DNA of 64,000 nt from an uncultured Flavobacteriaceae bacterium. Its GTDB lineage: Bacteria; Bacteroidota; Bacteroidia; NS11-12g; UBA955. Made by a program: the position numbers and the translations under genes. This document shows positions 8,980-18,510 of this stretch, in pieces (the stretch's first letter is position 1; each line of letters starts with the position of its first letter). Below the pieces are notes generated by a model, which did no database searches, was not told the origin of the DNA, and saw only the letters and a program-made list of their open reading frames with translations. Location: assembly GCA_964586595.1 (NCBI GenBank), contig CAZPHB010000001.1:196852-260851 (forward strand), given 5' to 3'.

Positions 8980-10299
8980 TTATTGTTTCACCAGCCTGTA
9001 TTGCCGGCGGCCATCATCGGTTTCTGCCCAAATGGTGTACAACCCCGAGGGCAATTCCGCAACCGAAAATGAAGTTTCCGAACATTGCATCACCTGTTGT
9101 CCTGCGTCATTGAACACACTGATGCGCAAAACGGTTCGTCCGGGCACTTTGATGTGCATCCAGTCGTTCGCAGGATTGGGATAGACTTGCAAATATGTTT
9201 GTTCCCCGCTCATTTCAACCACGTTTGTTTTGTGGTTTGCGGCGGTGGAAATCAATATGCGCGCCAACTCAAAAGCCTGAGCGGGCAATTGGTTGATGAG
9301 CACACAAACCACGGCCCCTGAGGCAGAATCATACATCATGGAAGAATTATATCCGCCCCAGATGTTCCCGCCGTGCTGCCAAACGGTTCTTCCGTTTACC
9401 GTTGTTTTGGCGATGCCGATGCCATAGCTGCCCGAACCTACAAAAGTGGTTAGCTCTTTGAGTGACAAGGCTTTCAGTACTTTTCCACCCATCAGGGCCC
9501 TGTACCATTGCAGCATTTCACCGGAAGTGGAATACATGGCGCCGGCGGCCCAGGCTGCGCTGTTCAGCGCCTTGCGCGGTACTACGGAGTTGTCGGTTCC
9601 TGCCTGCCAGGGATGCGCAACCGTAAACAATACGCTGTCGTACACATCCAGAAAGGTACTGTCTAGATTCAGCGGTTGCAGGATGCTGTCGCGCAAAAGC
9701 TGTCCGTAGCTGATTCCGGTCACTTGTTCAGCAATCATGCCGGCCAGCAGGTAATTGGTATTGCAGTAGTTCCAGCTTGTTCCGGGTGCAAACAAGGGCG
9801 GGCCGGCCCAGGAAATCAGTTCACCTGTTTTGAAGATGCGGTTAGGATTGCTCAGGATGGAATCCGGATAACCGGCAACACTGGTTACATCATCCAATCC
9901 GCTGGTATGGTTGAGCAACTGCCTGATGGTAATGTTAGGATTGATGTTTTTGTAGGAAGGAAGATGGGCATACAGGGAATCTTCCAGACGTATGCGGCCC
10001 TGTTCGGCCAGCTTCAGCAGCAGCACGCCCGTAAACAGCTTTGTATTGCTGGCAATACCGAATTCCATGTCGGAAGTAATAGGCACCCCCGGATGCGAAA
10101 TACCACTCACACCTTGCCAGGTACCTTTCCCGGGTATAAATACGCCCACTGAAATACCCTTCAGGTTATTGGCTTTTCTGAAACTGTCTGTGGTGCTTTG
10201 CATTTGGGCCGCCAAAACCTGGTCAAAGTTCTGTGCCGAGCACATGTGCGTGATGACGAACAGTTTGGTTATGCATATTCCAAATTTCCTCATGAGCAT
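8980..10299 (-). CDS. Secreted serine hydrolase of the beta-lactamase/transpeptidase fold with a C-terminal T9SS sorting domain.
   Basis: SNTK (S-x-x-K) active-site motif, an N-terminal signal peptide, and C-terminus …YLQVYPNPANDWMHIKV…GLYTIWAETDDGRRQYRLVKQ. Confidence 0.8.
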   Translation of the reverse strand: MLMRKFGICITKLFVITHMCSAQNFDQVLAAQMQSTTDSFRKANNLKGISVGVFIPGKGTWQGVSGISHPGVPITSDMEFGIASNTKLFTGVLLLKLAEQGRIRLEDSLYAHLPSYKNINPNITIRQLLNHTSGLDDVTSVAGYPDSILSNPNRIFKTGELISWAGPPLFAPGTSWNYCNTNYLLAGMIAEQVTGISYGQLLRDSILQPLNLDSTFLDVYDSVLFTVAHPWQAGTDNSVVPRKALNSAAWAAGAMYSTSGEMLQWYRALMGGKVLKALSLKELTTFVGSGSYGIGIAKTTVNGRTVWQHGGNIWGGYNSSMMYDSASGAVVCVLINQLPAQAFELARILISTAANHKTNVVEMSGEQTYLQVYPNPANDWMHIKVPGRTVLRISVFNDAGQQVMQCSETSFSVAELPSGLYTIWAETDDGRRQYRLVKQ

Positions 10300-10427
10300 C
10301 TTTTCTTATTCTGACGACAACACAGCGATCAGGTTTAACAACAAAGATCTGGCAATAGATGTGCTTCTCCGAACTTCCATGCAACATCAGCAAATCAGAC
10401 CAAATTCATCCATCACCTTGGTTAGGG

Positions 10428-10934
10428 TCAGGATTTATTTATATTTTCTACAATGGAAACAGATTTTTGAAACAATTGTGCATTTGGAATGGTAATGACA
10501 TCTCCCTGTTTGGTTTTCAGGATGATGAAGAAATACGTAAGGTCAGAAACTTCTCCTTCAAAGGGATAATCCTTATCCATCACACGGATGTAATCACCAA
10601 TTTTTATGGGGTGATTGAAAAAGAGCAGCAAGCTGGAAGTAATGTTGGAAAGCAGCGACCATTGGGCAAAAAAAGCGATGCCTAATGCTGTGAGGATGGT
10701 GCCTACGAACATGGCAATTTCTTTTTGTTCCAGACCCCAAACGGCAGCCAATAAAATGGACGCAGTAATCATGGAAAATAAATGCACTGCCTTTACGATG
10801 ATTTTCCGCCGCCCTCTTTGAAGATGTGTTTGCTTGAGGGTATTGTTGATAAAAACGCGTGTGGTGTAATGCGTGATCAAGTATCCGGCCAGCACCAGCA
10901 AGGATTCGATGATTTGTATTCTGAATGCTTCCAT
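10428..10934 (-). CDS. Small mechanosensitive ion channel family protein (MscS-like).
   Basis: TM helices followed by …PIKIGDYIRVMDKDYPFEGEVSDLTYFFIILKTKQGDVITIPNAQLF…, the conserved MscS beta-domain signature. Confidence 0.7.
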   Translation of the reverse strand: MEAFRIQIIESLLVLAGYLITHYTTRVFINNTLKQTHLQRGRRKIIVKAVHLFSMITASILLAAVWGLEQKEIAMFVGTILTALGIAFFAQWSLLSNITSSLLLFFNHPIKIGDYIRVMDKDYPFEGEVSDLTYFFIILKTKQGDVITIPNAQLFQKSVSIVENINKS

Positions 10935-11179
10935 GATTGGGTTTTATTTTCTGCTTATTGAAACAAACGCTGCGTTGAATAGAAACAACGTTCAAAGCTT
11001 GATGTTCGGCAGGCTTTAGAAATCACAGTGTACGGAAGGTGTTGGGTACTTGGGAAATACCTGCCAATCAAACAATGCTGTTTACTTTCACATAACCTTT
11101 TTCGGCATTGTCAACATTGCGGTTTGTCTCAAACCTTCACTGGCTTATTTAAGATGAGTGCAAGGGCAAAAGCAAACGA

Positions 11180-11998
11180 CTAATCCAGCTTTTTCAGCGT
11201 GGTTTTGATGCGGGTAATTTCTTTTTGCAGGTCGAGTACGGTATTGGTCAGCTGATCGCGGTTTGGATTTGGTTCTTCGAATCGGGGATTGATGTAGTGT
11301 ACAAACTTCCAGATTTCAAGCACATCGGCCACCTTTACTTCGTACGGTTGATACTGCGGATTGGTGGAACAAAGCAGCAGCGTACCTTGATCTTCAATCT
11401 GATTGTACACCACTTTAAACACGATACCTTCATCCTGTGTAACCACGATGTAAGGATGACCATTTCGGATGAGGTTCCAGTTTTGCAGGTATTCACCGGT
11501 AACAAAGGCACCATCGCACACAGGCGGCATGCTGTCGCCCGAAATGGGAAACGAACGGTATTTGCGTCCCGGGGTCAGGAATGGGAGGTTGAAGGCCGGC
11601 AGCACCCGGATGAATTCAGGATCGGCGAAGCCATTCACGTATCCGGCCTTGGCTTTTACCGGAACCAGTTCCACCTGATCTTCATTTGACGGGCTAACGG
11701 TTGTGGTCAACACACGCAGTCTGGTGCCGGAAATATCCATATCGTAGCCACGTTCAATTTGCGAGAGGATTCCTTCCGGAAGCGTAGATAAATCTACTTT
11801 AAGCAATTTATCAATAGAGACAGAAAAGAATCCTCCAAGGCGCACCAGGAGGTCAATTCCCGGTTCGGCAATCCCATTTTCATAACTGTTGTAGGCACTC
11901 CGCGTGATGTTCAGCACTCTGGCTACTTCTTCCTGAGAACGCTTTGATCGTTTGCGCAGCAATTTCAGATTGGCGGGCAGTTTATGGTTCTTTTCCAT
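11180..11998 (-). CDS. XRE-family HTH transcriptional regulator fused to an S24 (LexA/UmuD-like) peptidase domain.
   Basis: N-terminal HTH LRKRSKRSQEEVARVLNITRSAYNSYENG. C-terminal …FPISGDSMPP…FKVV… carries the Ser/Lys dyad motifs of S24 autopeptidases. Confidence 0.8.
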   Translation of the reverse strand: MEKNHKLPANLKLLRKRSKRSQEEVARVLNITRSAYNSYENGIAEPGIDLLVRLGGFFSVSIDKLLKVDLSTLPEGILSQIERGYDMDISGTRLRVLTTTVSPSNEDQVELVPVKAKAGYVNGFADPEFIRVLPAFNLPFLTPGRKYRSFPISGDSMPPVCDGAFVTGEYLQNWNLIRNGHPYIVVTQDEGIVFKVVYNQIEDQGTLLLCSTNPQYQPYEVKVADVLEIWKFVHYINPRFEEPNPNRDQLTNTVLDLQKEITRIKTTLKKLD

Positions 11999-12003
11999 GA
12001 TGT

Positions 12004-13419
12004 TCAGTTGATGGGATAAGGCAGTAATTGGTAGGGTTCGGGGTGCATTTGCGCCTGAGTGGTGAAGGCCATGGCGATGGCGCGCAATGAAGGATGATCT
12101 TCAAGCGGGACCAGTTTCTGTTCCAGCTGTTCTGGCTTGGGCAGTTCCTGATGGTTGAGGTATCCGTAGGCCAGAATTCGGCTTTGTTCCACCCAAACAC
12201 ATGAATATTCATCGGGGCTGCGCCCCGGACCTTTCAACACGTATTGAAATGGAGGATGAGCCAATGATTCCAGCAATGACGTCATCCGTTCACGGTGGGT
12301 ATTTTTTTTCACAACTTCAGGTGACCGGCAATAACAGTCTTCCTGGGTGCACTGTGCACTGCTGCTGTGGTTATAGGCTTTGCAGATGGCATTTGTTTTC
12401 AGCAGCTGCAACAAGGCATTTCTGGCGGCTGCCAGGGTGGGAAAGCGCAATAGTGACTGATTGCTGCCCTGCTGCCCGGTAAGAGCCAAAACCGGCATTC
12501 CATCCTGATTGCTGAAGCAACTGATGTTGCATGGATTCGCCTTAAATCTGTCTGCCTTATTGTAAGGCGGCCAATGCTGTCGGATGTAAGCAGATTCGGT
12601 AATCAGGGCCATCAGTTCATTGCCGCAGGGAGTGGTTTTGATGGCACTTACTTCCTGCAATAAAACCTGCCCGCCGCCGCCTTTATAAAAATGCTGCAAT
12701 ACCCGTTTGCGCAGGTTCAGCGCCTTACCAACATACAACACCTTACCGGTATTGTTCATAAACTGATATACCCCGGTAGTTTCGGGAATGTCATCAATGT
12801 CAAGACCGGCAGGCAGGGAAACCTTGTTTTTTTTGGCCGTACCTGCCAGCATTGCATCCACTCCAAGCGTTTCAAACAGTTTATGAAAAAGTATTACCGT
12901 GGCATCTGCATCACCTCCTGCCCGATGTCTGTTTTGAATGGCAATGCCCTTTGAAGCGCAGAGGTTACCCAACGAATACGATTTCAACCCCGGCCAACAA
13001 CGACGCGACAGTCGAACGGTACACAAGGTACGCGTTTTCAAAGGCATCCCGCAGGATGCAAAAGCAGATTTCAGGTGCGCATGATCAAATGCGGCATTGT
13101 GTGCAATAAACACATGCCCCTGGAGCATACGGATGACTTCTTCGGCAACCTCGGAAAATGCTGGCGCGTGTTGGAGCATCTCGTTGTCAATACCTGTAAG
13201 ATTGGTAATGTATTGAGGCACAGGCATTTCCGGGCGAATCAGCCATTCCCGGCTGTCCAACACGGCACTGCCATCGGTAATGCGCACGGCAATTTCAGTG
13301 ATGCATCCCGCTCCCGGACGGCCTCCATTGGTTTCGATATCTACTACGGCGAAGGTCAATTGATTATTTTTTTGACAACCTTGTGCCGTGTAATTTAACT
13401 TATGAACCTGAAACGGCAA
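12004..13419 (-). CDS. DnaQ-like 3'-5' exonuclease domain fused to a GIY-YIG nuclease domain (Cho-like / UvrC-homolog-type). Apparent TTG start.
   Basis: FAVVDIETNGG…HNAAFD… are DEDDh exonuclease motifs. …GVYQFMNNTGKVLYVGKALNLRKR… is a GIY-YIG motif. There is a 5-bp gap to the downstream XRE-S24 gene. Confidence 0.75.
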   Translation of the reverse strand: MPFQVHKLNYTAQGCQKNNQLTFAVVDIETNGGRPGAGCITEIAVRITDGSAVLDSREWLIRPEMPVPQYITNLTGIDNEMLQHAPAFSEVAEEVIRMLQGHVFIAHNAAFDHAHLKSAFASCGMPLKTRTLCTVRLSRRCWPGLKSYSLGNLCASKGIAIQNRHRAGGDADATVILFHKLFETLGVDAMLAGTAKKNKVSLPAGLDIDDIPETTGVYQFMNNTGKVLYVGKALNLRKRVLQHFYKGGGGQVLLQEVSAIKTTPCGNELMALITESAYIRQHWPPYNKADRFKANPCNISCFSNQDGMPVLALTGQQGSNQSLLRFPTLAAARNALLQLLKTNAICKAYNHSSSAQCTQEDCYCRSPEVVKKNTHRERMTSLLESLAHPPFQYVLKGPGRSPDEYSCVWVEQSRILAYGYLNHQELPKPEQLEQKLVPLEDHPSLRAIAMAFTTQAQMHPEPYQLLPYPIN

Positions 13420-13469
13420 AAAAGCCGGACCAAGTTGCCGGAAAAAAATAAAAAGCAGGAAGGGTACGT

Positions 13470-14339
13470 TCAGCCAAAAATGGCGGGCGCGAAGGCCAAG
13501 GCTTTGCGCATGGCATCTTCATTGATTCCTGTTTCCCAGCCACCGGCATGCAGGAAATCGATGAGTGACTCGGTGGGCAGGTTTCCGGTAAGTTGATCCA
13601 TGGCGAAGGGGCAGCCCCCGAAGCCACGCAGGGCTCCGTCAAATCGGCGACAGCCTGCATCCAGCGCAGTTTGTACTTTATTGTGCCAGGAATTTGGTAC
13701 GCTGTGCAAATGAGCGCCAAATTCAATACCGGGAAAGGCTGGTATCAGCGTACTGAATATGGTGTCTATATCTTCTTCTTTTGCGCTGCCAATGGTATCG
13801 CTCAGCGAGATGGTTTTAAAACCGGTATGGATCAAATTGGCAGCCCAATCCATTACTTCCTGCACAGAATAAGGATCACCGTAAGGATTGCCAAAACCCA
13901 TGCTGAGGTAAACCACACATTCCTTACCGGCATCCATTGCAACAAGCTGAATTTCTTTCAATCGTTCAAATGCCTGCTTCCTTCCTGTATTTGTGTTCCG
14001 CTGTTGGAACTGCTCAGAAACAGACAGCGGGAATCCCAGGTATTTTACGTGTGGAAAACGGATTGCTTCTTTTGCTCCGCGCACATTTCCCAAGATGACC
14101 AAAAGATTTGAATCTGAGGAATTTCCATGATTCATACGCTGCAACACTTCAGCTGTATCCGCCAGCTGAGGTACGGCGGTGGCAGAGACAAAGCTGCCGC
14201 AGTCAATGGTATGAAAACCGCAATCCAACAAAAGATTGAGGTACTGAATTTTTAATTCCGTGGGCACCAACTGTTTCAACCCCTGCATGGCATCTCGCGG
14301 ACATTCCACCAGATGCACTTCCTTGCCCGGCTGTTTCAT
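13470..14339 (-). CDS. Hydroxymethylglutaryl-CoA lyase.
   Basis: …VHLVECPRDAMQGL… and a TIM-barrel DRE-TIM metallolyase pattern; about 289 aa. Confidence 0.88.
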   Translation of the reverse strand: MKQPGKEVHLVECPRDAMQGLKQLVPTELKIQYLNLLLDCGFHTIDCGSFVSATAVPQLADTAEVLQRMNHGNSSDSNLLVILGNVRGAKEAIRFPHVKYLGFPLSVSEQFQQRNTNTGRKQAFERLKEIQLVAMDAGKECVVYLSMGFGNPYGDPYSVQEVMDWAANLIHTGFKTISLSDTIGSAKEEDIDTIFSTLIPAFPGIEFGAHLHSVPNSWHNKVQTALDAGCRRFDGALRGFGGCPFAMDQLTGNLPTESLIDFLHAGGWETGINEDAMRKALAFAPAIFG

Positions 14340-16486
14340 CAGAGGAAATCGAAAAAATATTGCGAAACTTTCTTGTACAAATGCACCCGATCAGGCCCTA
14401 TCACATTGTGTTTATGACCGGGGTAAATAAAGTAATCGAGGGCGGCATTTCTTGACTTCACGGCCTGCGCCACATACAACATGCTGTGTTGCCACAGCAC
14501 CACATCGTCATCGGTACCGTGAATCATCAACAGGCGTCCATTCAGCTTATCGACGTAGCGCAACAGATTGGCTTTCTCGTAACCCTCCTTGTTTTCCTGG
14601 GGTTTGTCCATGTAACGCTCGGTGTACATGATTTCGTAATAATTCCAATCGATGACCGGACCTCCGGCAACACCCACTTTAAATACGCCGGGATAACGCG
14701 ACATAAGGCTGGTGGTCATAAATCCGCCGAAGCTCCATCCATGCACGCCAATACGCGCGGTATCTACAAACGGGAACTGACGGAGGTAGCGTACGCCGGC
14801 AAGCTGATCTTCCATTTCTACCGTTCCAAGGTTGCGGAATATGGCACTTTCAAACTCAAATCCCCGGTTGGCCGAACCGCGGTTATCCAGGGTAAACACG
14901 ATGAATCCCTGCTGTGCCATGTAGTGCATCCACAAGTTGGCACCGCCCAGCCATGATTCCGTTACCATCTGCGCATGAGGGCCTCCATACAGATACACCA
15001 CCACAGGGTATTTTTGTTTGGGGTTGAAGTCGGGAGGATAAATCATCCTGCTGTGCAGCAGGGTTCCCTGGTTCAGGATGGGAAAAATATCGGTGCGACC
15101 CATGCGCATGTCGGCAACAGGATTGGGCGCGGTGAATAAATTCGAACTGATGTCGCCGTCGGTTTTAATCACCTGAATCACCCGCGGTGTTTTGCGGTTG
15201 CTGTACACATCAATAAACAAGGTATTGTCAGAAGAAGGTTGAATCTGATGTACCCCCTGTACCGCGGTAAGTCGCTGCACATTGCCGTTATTCATCTTCG
15301 CCGAGTACAGATGTTTTTCAAGTGGAGCATCTTTGGTTGCGGTGAAGTAAATCAGATCCGTACTCTTGCTGAAGCCGATGAATTCATTCACCATCCAGGG
15401 GCCTGAGGTCAATTGCCCAATCAGCTTACCGTCTGTTTGGTACAGATACAGGTGATTCCAGCCATCGCGTTCACTATGCCAAATGAATCGGTCTTTATTG
15501 TTGGGAAGGAAGATGGGCCCATGTTCCGGCTCCACCCACTTTTCAGAACGTTCTTCAAAAAGCACCAGATCCTGTTTGCCGGTAAATGCATCATAACGAA
15601 TAAGGCGCATGTGGTTTTGCTCCCGATTTACCCAAGCCACGTAGATAAATGCATCATCGGGCGACCAGGTGATGTTGGTCAGGTATTGATCGTAAGGTCC
15701 GTCGGTTTGCAGGTAATTGAGCTGTCCGGTTTCGGTATCGTACACCCCTATGCTCACTGTATGACTGCTGTCGCCGGCACAGGGATAACGCAATTCGGTA
15801 TGTCCGGCGGGGCGCTTCCCCAAATCATATACCGGATAAGGCGTAACACGACGCTCGTCTTGACGGTAAAAAGCCAATCTGGTTCCTGAAGGACTCCAGA
15901 ATAAGCCTTTGTCAATGCCAAATTCATTGCGGTGTGCTGCTTCACCATATACGATGCCATTGCCTCCGTCGTTGGTAATCCGGCGGTCTGAATAACCGGT
16001 AACAACGTACAGATTGTTGTTGGCTATCGCAGCGGCATTTAAGGTTTTGGCTGAAATTTCCCGCGTTTCAGTTCCTTCCGGCAGTACGCGACGGATTTCC
16101 ACAGCGCGGGTGGTCAAATTATACTGAAGTACTTTTTGATCATAAACAAACCACAGGCTTTGTTCCTCTTTCCAATGCAACTCTGGAAATGAGATTATTT
16201 TCTTGTTTTCCAGTCCGGTTTCGCCGACCGCCTGCTTCAGCTGCGCCAGCTGCAAAACAGTATCACTCACGCGGTTGTAGGCATCATAAACAACCAATTT
16301 GGGCTGACTGCTGCTGTTCACCACATAAGACAATTTTGACGTTCCGGGAATCCAGCGAAGCTGCGCCAGTCCTTTGGGTGCGTATGCAGGACTAAAAGCA
16401 TCTTCGATGCTGAAGTTTCGGGTTTGGGAATGTGCACTTGCCGCGGCAAGGAACAACAGACTGCAAAACGACAGGGTTTTGTACAT
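14339..16486 (-). CDS. S9 family peptidase, dipeptidyl-peptidase IV-like. Start chosen at MYKTLSF; the track ORF extends further to 16777.
   Basis: Signal peptide MYKTLSFCSLLFLAAASAHSQ. C-terminal alpha/beta-hydrolase catalytic region GWSFGG…D…H. The stop overlaps the HMG-CoA lyase start (ATGA). Confidence 0.85.
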   Translation of the reverse strand: MYKTLSFCSLLFLAAASAHSQTRNFSIEDAFSPAYAPKGLAQLRWIPGTSKLSYVVNSSSQPKLVVYDAYNRVSDTVLQLAQLKQAVGETGLENKKIISFPELHWKEEQSLWFVYDQKVLQYNLTTRAVEIRRVLPEGTETREISAKTLNAAAIANNNLYVVTGYSDRRITNDGGNGIVYGEAAHRNEFGIDKGLFWSPSGTRLAFYRQDERRVTPYPVYDLGKRPAGHTELRYPCAGDSSHTVSIGVYDTETGQLNYLQTDGPYDQYLTNITWSPDDAFIYVAWVNREQNHMRLIRYDAFTGKQDLVLFEERSEKWVEPEHGPIFLPNNKDRFIWHSERDGWNHLYLYQTDGKLIGQLTSGPWMVNEFIGFSKSTDLIYFTATKDAPLEKHLYSAKMNNGNVQRLTAVQGVHQIQPSSDNTLFIDVYSNRKTPRVIQVIKTDGDISSNLFTAPNPVADMRMGRTDIFPILNQGTLLHSRMIYPPDFNPKQKYPVVVYLYGGPHAQMVTESWLGGANLWMHYMAQQGFIVFTLDNRGSANRGFEFESAIFRNLGTVEMEDQLAGVRYLRQFPFVDTARIGVHGWSFGGFMTTSLMSRYPGVFKVGVAGGPVIDWNYYEIMYTERYMDKPQENKEGYEKANLLRYVDKLNGRLLMIHGTDDDVVLWQHSMLYVAQAVKSRNAALDYFIYPGHKHNVIGPDRVHLYKKVSQYFFDFL

Positions 16487-16532
16487 TGGAATTTGTAAAA
16501 GCGTTCGCAAATTTGCCATAAATATTGAGCCA

Positions 16533-17348
16533 ATGCAAAACCTCGAGGAATTGATCACCAGGGTATGGGAAGAGCGTAGTTTACTGGAACAGGAAGCGGT
16601 GCGCCACGCCATTCGGGAAACCATTTCCATGCTTGACTCCGGAAGTCTGAGGGTAGCAGAACCTATGGCTGACGGAAGCTGGAAGGTAAATGACTGGGTA
16701 AAGAAGGCAGTCATTATGTACTTTCCCATCAGCGGGATGCAGACCATGCATGCCGGTCCGATGGAATTCCACGACAAGCTTCCGCTGAAAACAGGATACG
16801 AAGCCCTGGGCGTGCGTGTAGTTCCTCATGCTGTGGCCCGTCATGGTGCGTATTTAGCTCCTGGTGTCATCATGATGCCATCGTATGTAAACATCGGCGC
16901 CTGGGTTGGATCAGGAACCATGGTGGACACCTGGGCTACGGTTGGCAGCTGTGCACAAATCGGAAGAAACGTTCATCTGAGCGGTGGAGTGGGCATTGGC
17001 GGGGTTCTGGAACCTGTTCAGGCTGCTCCCGTCATTATCGAAGACGGATGTTTTGTCGGATCGCGTTGCATTGTGGTAGAAGGAGTTCATGTAGGTAGTG
17101 AAGCTGTTCTGGGCGCAGGCCTGACCCTGACCATGAGCACGCACATCATTGACGCCAACAGTGGCGAAGAACTCCCCAAAGGATATATTCCTCCCCGCAG
17201 CGTAGTTATACCGGGGAATTACAAGAAAGATTTCCCCGGAGGAACCTTTTACGTTCCCTGCGCATTGATCATCGGACAGCGCAAAGCCTCTACCGATTTA
17301 AAAACCAGCCTTAACGACGCCCTGAGGGATTACGGCGTATCTGCCTGA
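16533..17348 (+). CDS. dapD: 2,3,4,5-tetrahydropyridine-2,6-dicarboxylate N-succinyltransferase.
   Basis: Hexapeptide-repeat left-handed beta-helix …GAWVGSGTMVDTWATVGSCAQIGRNVHLSGGVGIGGVLEP…. The start at MQNLEELI avoids overlap with the divergent DPP-IV gene. Confidence 0.85.
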   Translation: MQNLEELITRVWEERSLLEQEAVRHAIRETISMLDSGSLRVAEPMADGSWKVNDWVKKAVIMYFPISGMQTMHAGPMEFHDKLPLKTGYEALGVRVVPHAVARHGAYLAPGVIMMPSYVNIGAWVGSGTMVDTWATVGSCAQIGRNVHLSGGVGIGGVLEPVQAAPVIIEDGCFVGSRCIVVEGVHVGSEAVLGAGLTLTMSTHIIDANSGEELPKGYIPPRSVVIPGNYKKDFPGGTFYVPCALIIGQRKASTDLKTSLNDALRDYGVSA

Positions 17349-17351
17349 ATT

Positions 17352-18434
17352 GTGCGCATCGCCTTCGACGCCAAACGATATTTCTTTAACCGCACAGGAC
17401 TGGGCAACTATTCTCGTCGCTGGGTGCAATTATTGGCCGGGCGCAGCGCGGGAAACGATATCTTATTGTGCACACCCAAAAAACCGGAACCAATACCTGT
17501 TCTGCCTCCACAGTGCAGGCTGTTGGGCCCTGAACAATTTGCCTTGGGCTATCGCGCGTGGTTTATTGGAACGCAACTCAATAAACAATCCGTAGATCTG
17601 TACCATGGACTGAGCAACGAATTGCCATTTTCTGCTTCATCCATGCGCTGTCGCAAGCTGGTGAGCATCCACGATTTAATCTTCAAACGCTATCCGGGGT
17701 TTTACCCCATGCTTGACCGCATGATTTACGACATCAAAAGTCGTTTTGCCTGTAAGCATGCGGATTTGATCATTGCCACCAGCGAAACAACAGCTGCGGA
17801 TATTCAGACTTTTTACGGCATTCCTGCCGCACGGATCAGGGTCGTTTATCAGGATGTGGCACCGGAATTTTTCCAATTACCACAAAGCGTTCAGCCCCGA
17901 TTGCTTGATGCGCCCTACTTCCTGTTTGTTTCCAGCTTCACCGAAAGGAAAAACCATGCGTTGCTGATTGAAGCCCTGCACCGCATCCACAAGCAAACCG
18001 CACATCATTTGGTACTTGCCGGTGCACACGGGCCCACACTGGAAATCTGCAGGCGGCTGGCACAGTCATTGGGCATTGGGGCGCGTGTACATTTTTTTCC
18101 AAACATTGACCAGAAATCGTTGATGCAACTATACCGCCATGCAGACGGATTTCTGCTGCCCTCTTCGTTTGAAGGTTTTGGGATTCCGCTGGCAGAAGCC
18201 ATGGCGGCAGGCGTTCCAAGCGCGGCCAGTGACATTTCAGTTTTCCGGGAAGTTGGGCGCGATGCCTGTTTGTATTTCCACGCTGGCGATCGAGATGCTG
18301 CCGCAGAATCCATGCTGCGCCTGCTGATGCCCGAGCAGCGTGCACAGTTGCTGCCCAGGATGAGGCAGGCATCGGAGTTATTCAGCGCCGATACACTTTG
18401 GCAGCAGGTCAAAGATATTTACGGGCTTGCCTGA
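17352..18434 (+). CDS. Glycosyltransferase family 4 (GT-B fold, GT1-clan). GTG start.
   Basis: …FLFVSSFTERKNHALLIEA… and the E-x7-E motif region …PSSFEGFGIPLAEAMAAGVP…. Confidence 0.8.
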   Translation: MRIAFDAKRYFFNRTGLGNYSRRWVQLLAGRSAGNDILLCTPKKPEPIPVLPPQCRLLGPEQFALGYRAWFIGTQLNKQSVDLYHGLSNELPFSASSMRCRKLVSIHDLIFKRYPGFYPMLDRMIYDIKSRFACKHADLIIATSETTAADIQTFYGIPAARIRVVYQDVAPEFFQLPQSVQPRLLDAPYFLFVSSFTERKNHALLIEALHRIHKQTAHHLVLAGAHGPTLEICRRLAQSLGIGARVHFFPNIDQKSLMQLYRHADGFLLPSSFEGFGIPLAEAMAAGVPSAASDISVFREVGRDACLYFHAGDRDAAAESMLRLLMPEQRAQLLPRMRQASELFSADTLWQQVKDIYGLA

Positions 18435-18495
18435 ATCTGTGTACAAGATGTCCAAAAACAGCAGCGCCGCGTGGCCTAAAGGCCACTTGCTTCGG

Positions 18496-18503
18496 TAATT
18501 TTG
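18496..18503 (+). promoter_or_regulatory. Candidate Bacteroidetes-type -7 promoter box (TAnnTTTG) upstream of purH.
   Basis: taattttg lies 8 bp before the purH ATG and is preceded by the perfect palindrome GTGGCCTAAAGGCCAC at 18470..18485. Confidence 0.3.
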
Positions 18504-18510
18504 CGGACCC

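Noticed and set aside
10935-11179. 245-bp intergenic gap (the largest in the window) with short palindromes (AACGC-t-GCGTT, AAGCTT)
   Set aside because: No convincing terminator, riboswitch-like structure or conserved sRNA signature could be recognised by eye. It is probably just the MscS-like gene promoter plus the 3' UTR of the XRE-S24 gene.
13420-13469. Possible operator or terminator between the HMG-CoA lyase stop and the Cho-like nuclease start
   Set aside because: It contains only 4-bp self-complementary CCGG elements and A/T runs. There is no stem of 6 bp or more, and no palindrome I could match to other repair-gene upstream regions.
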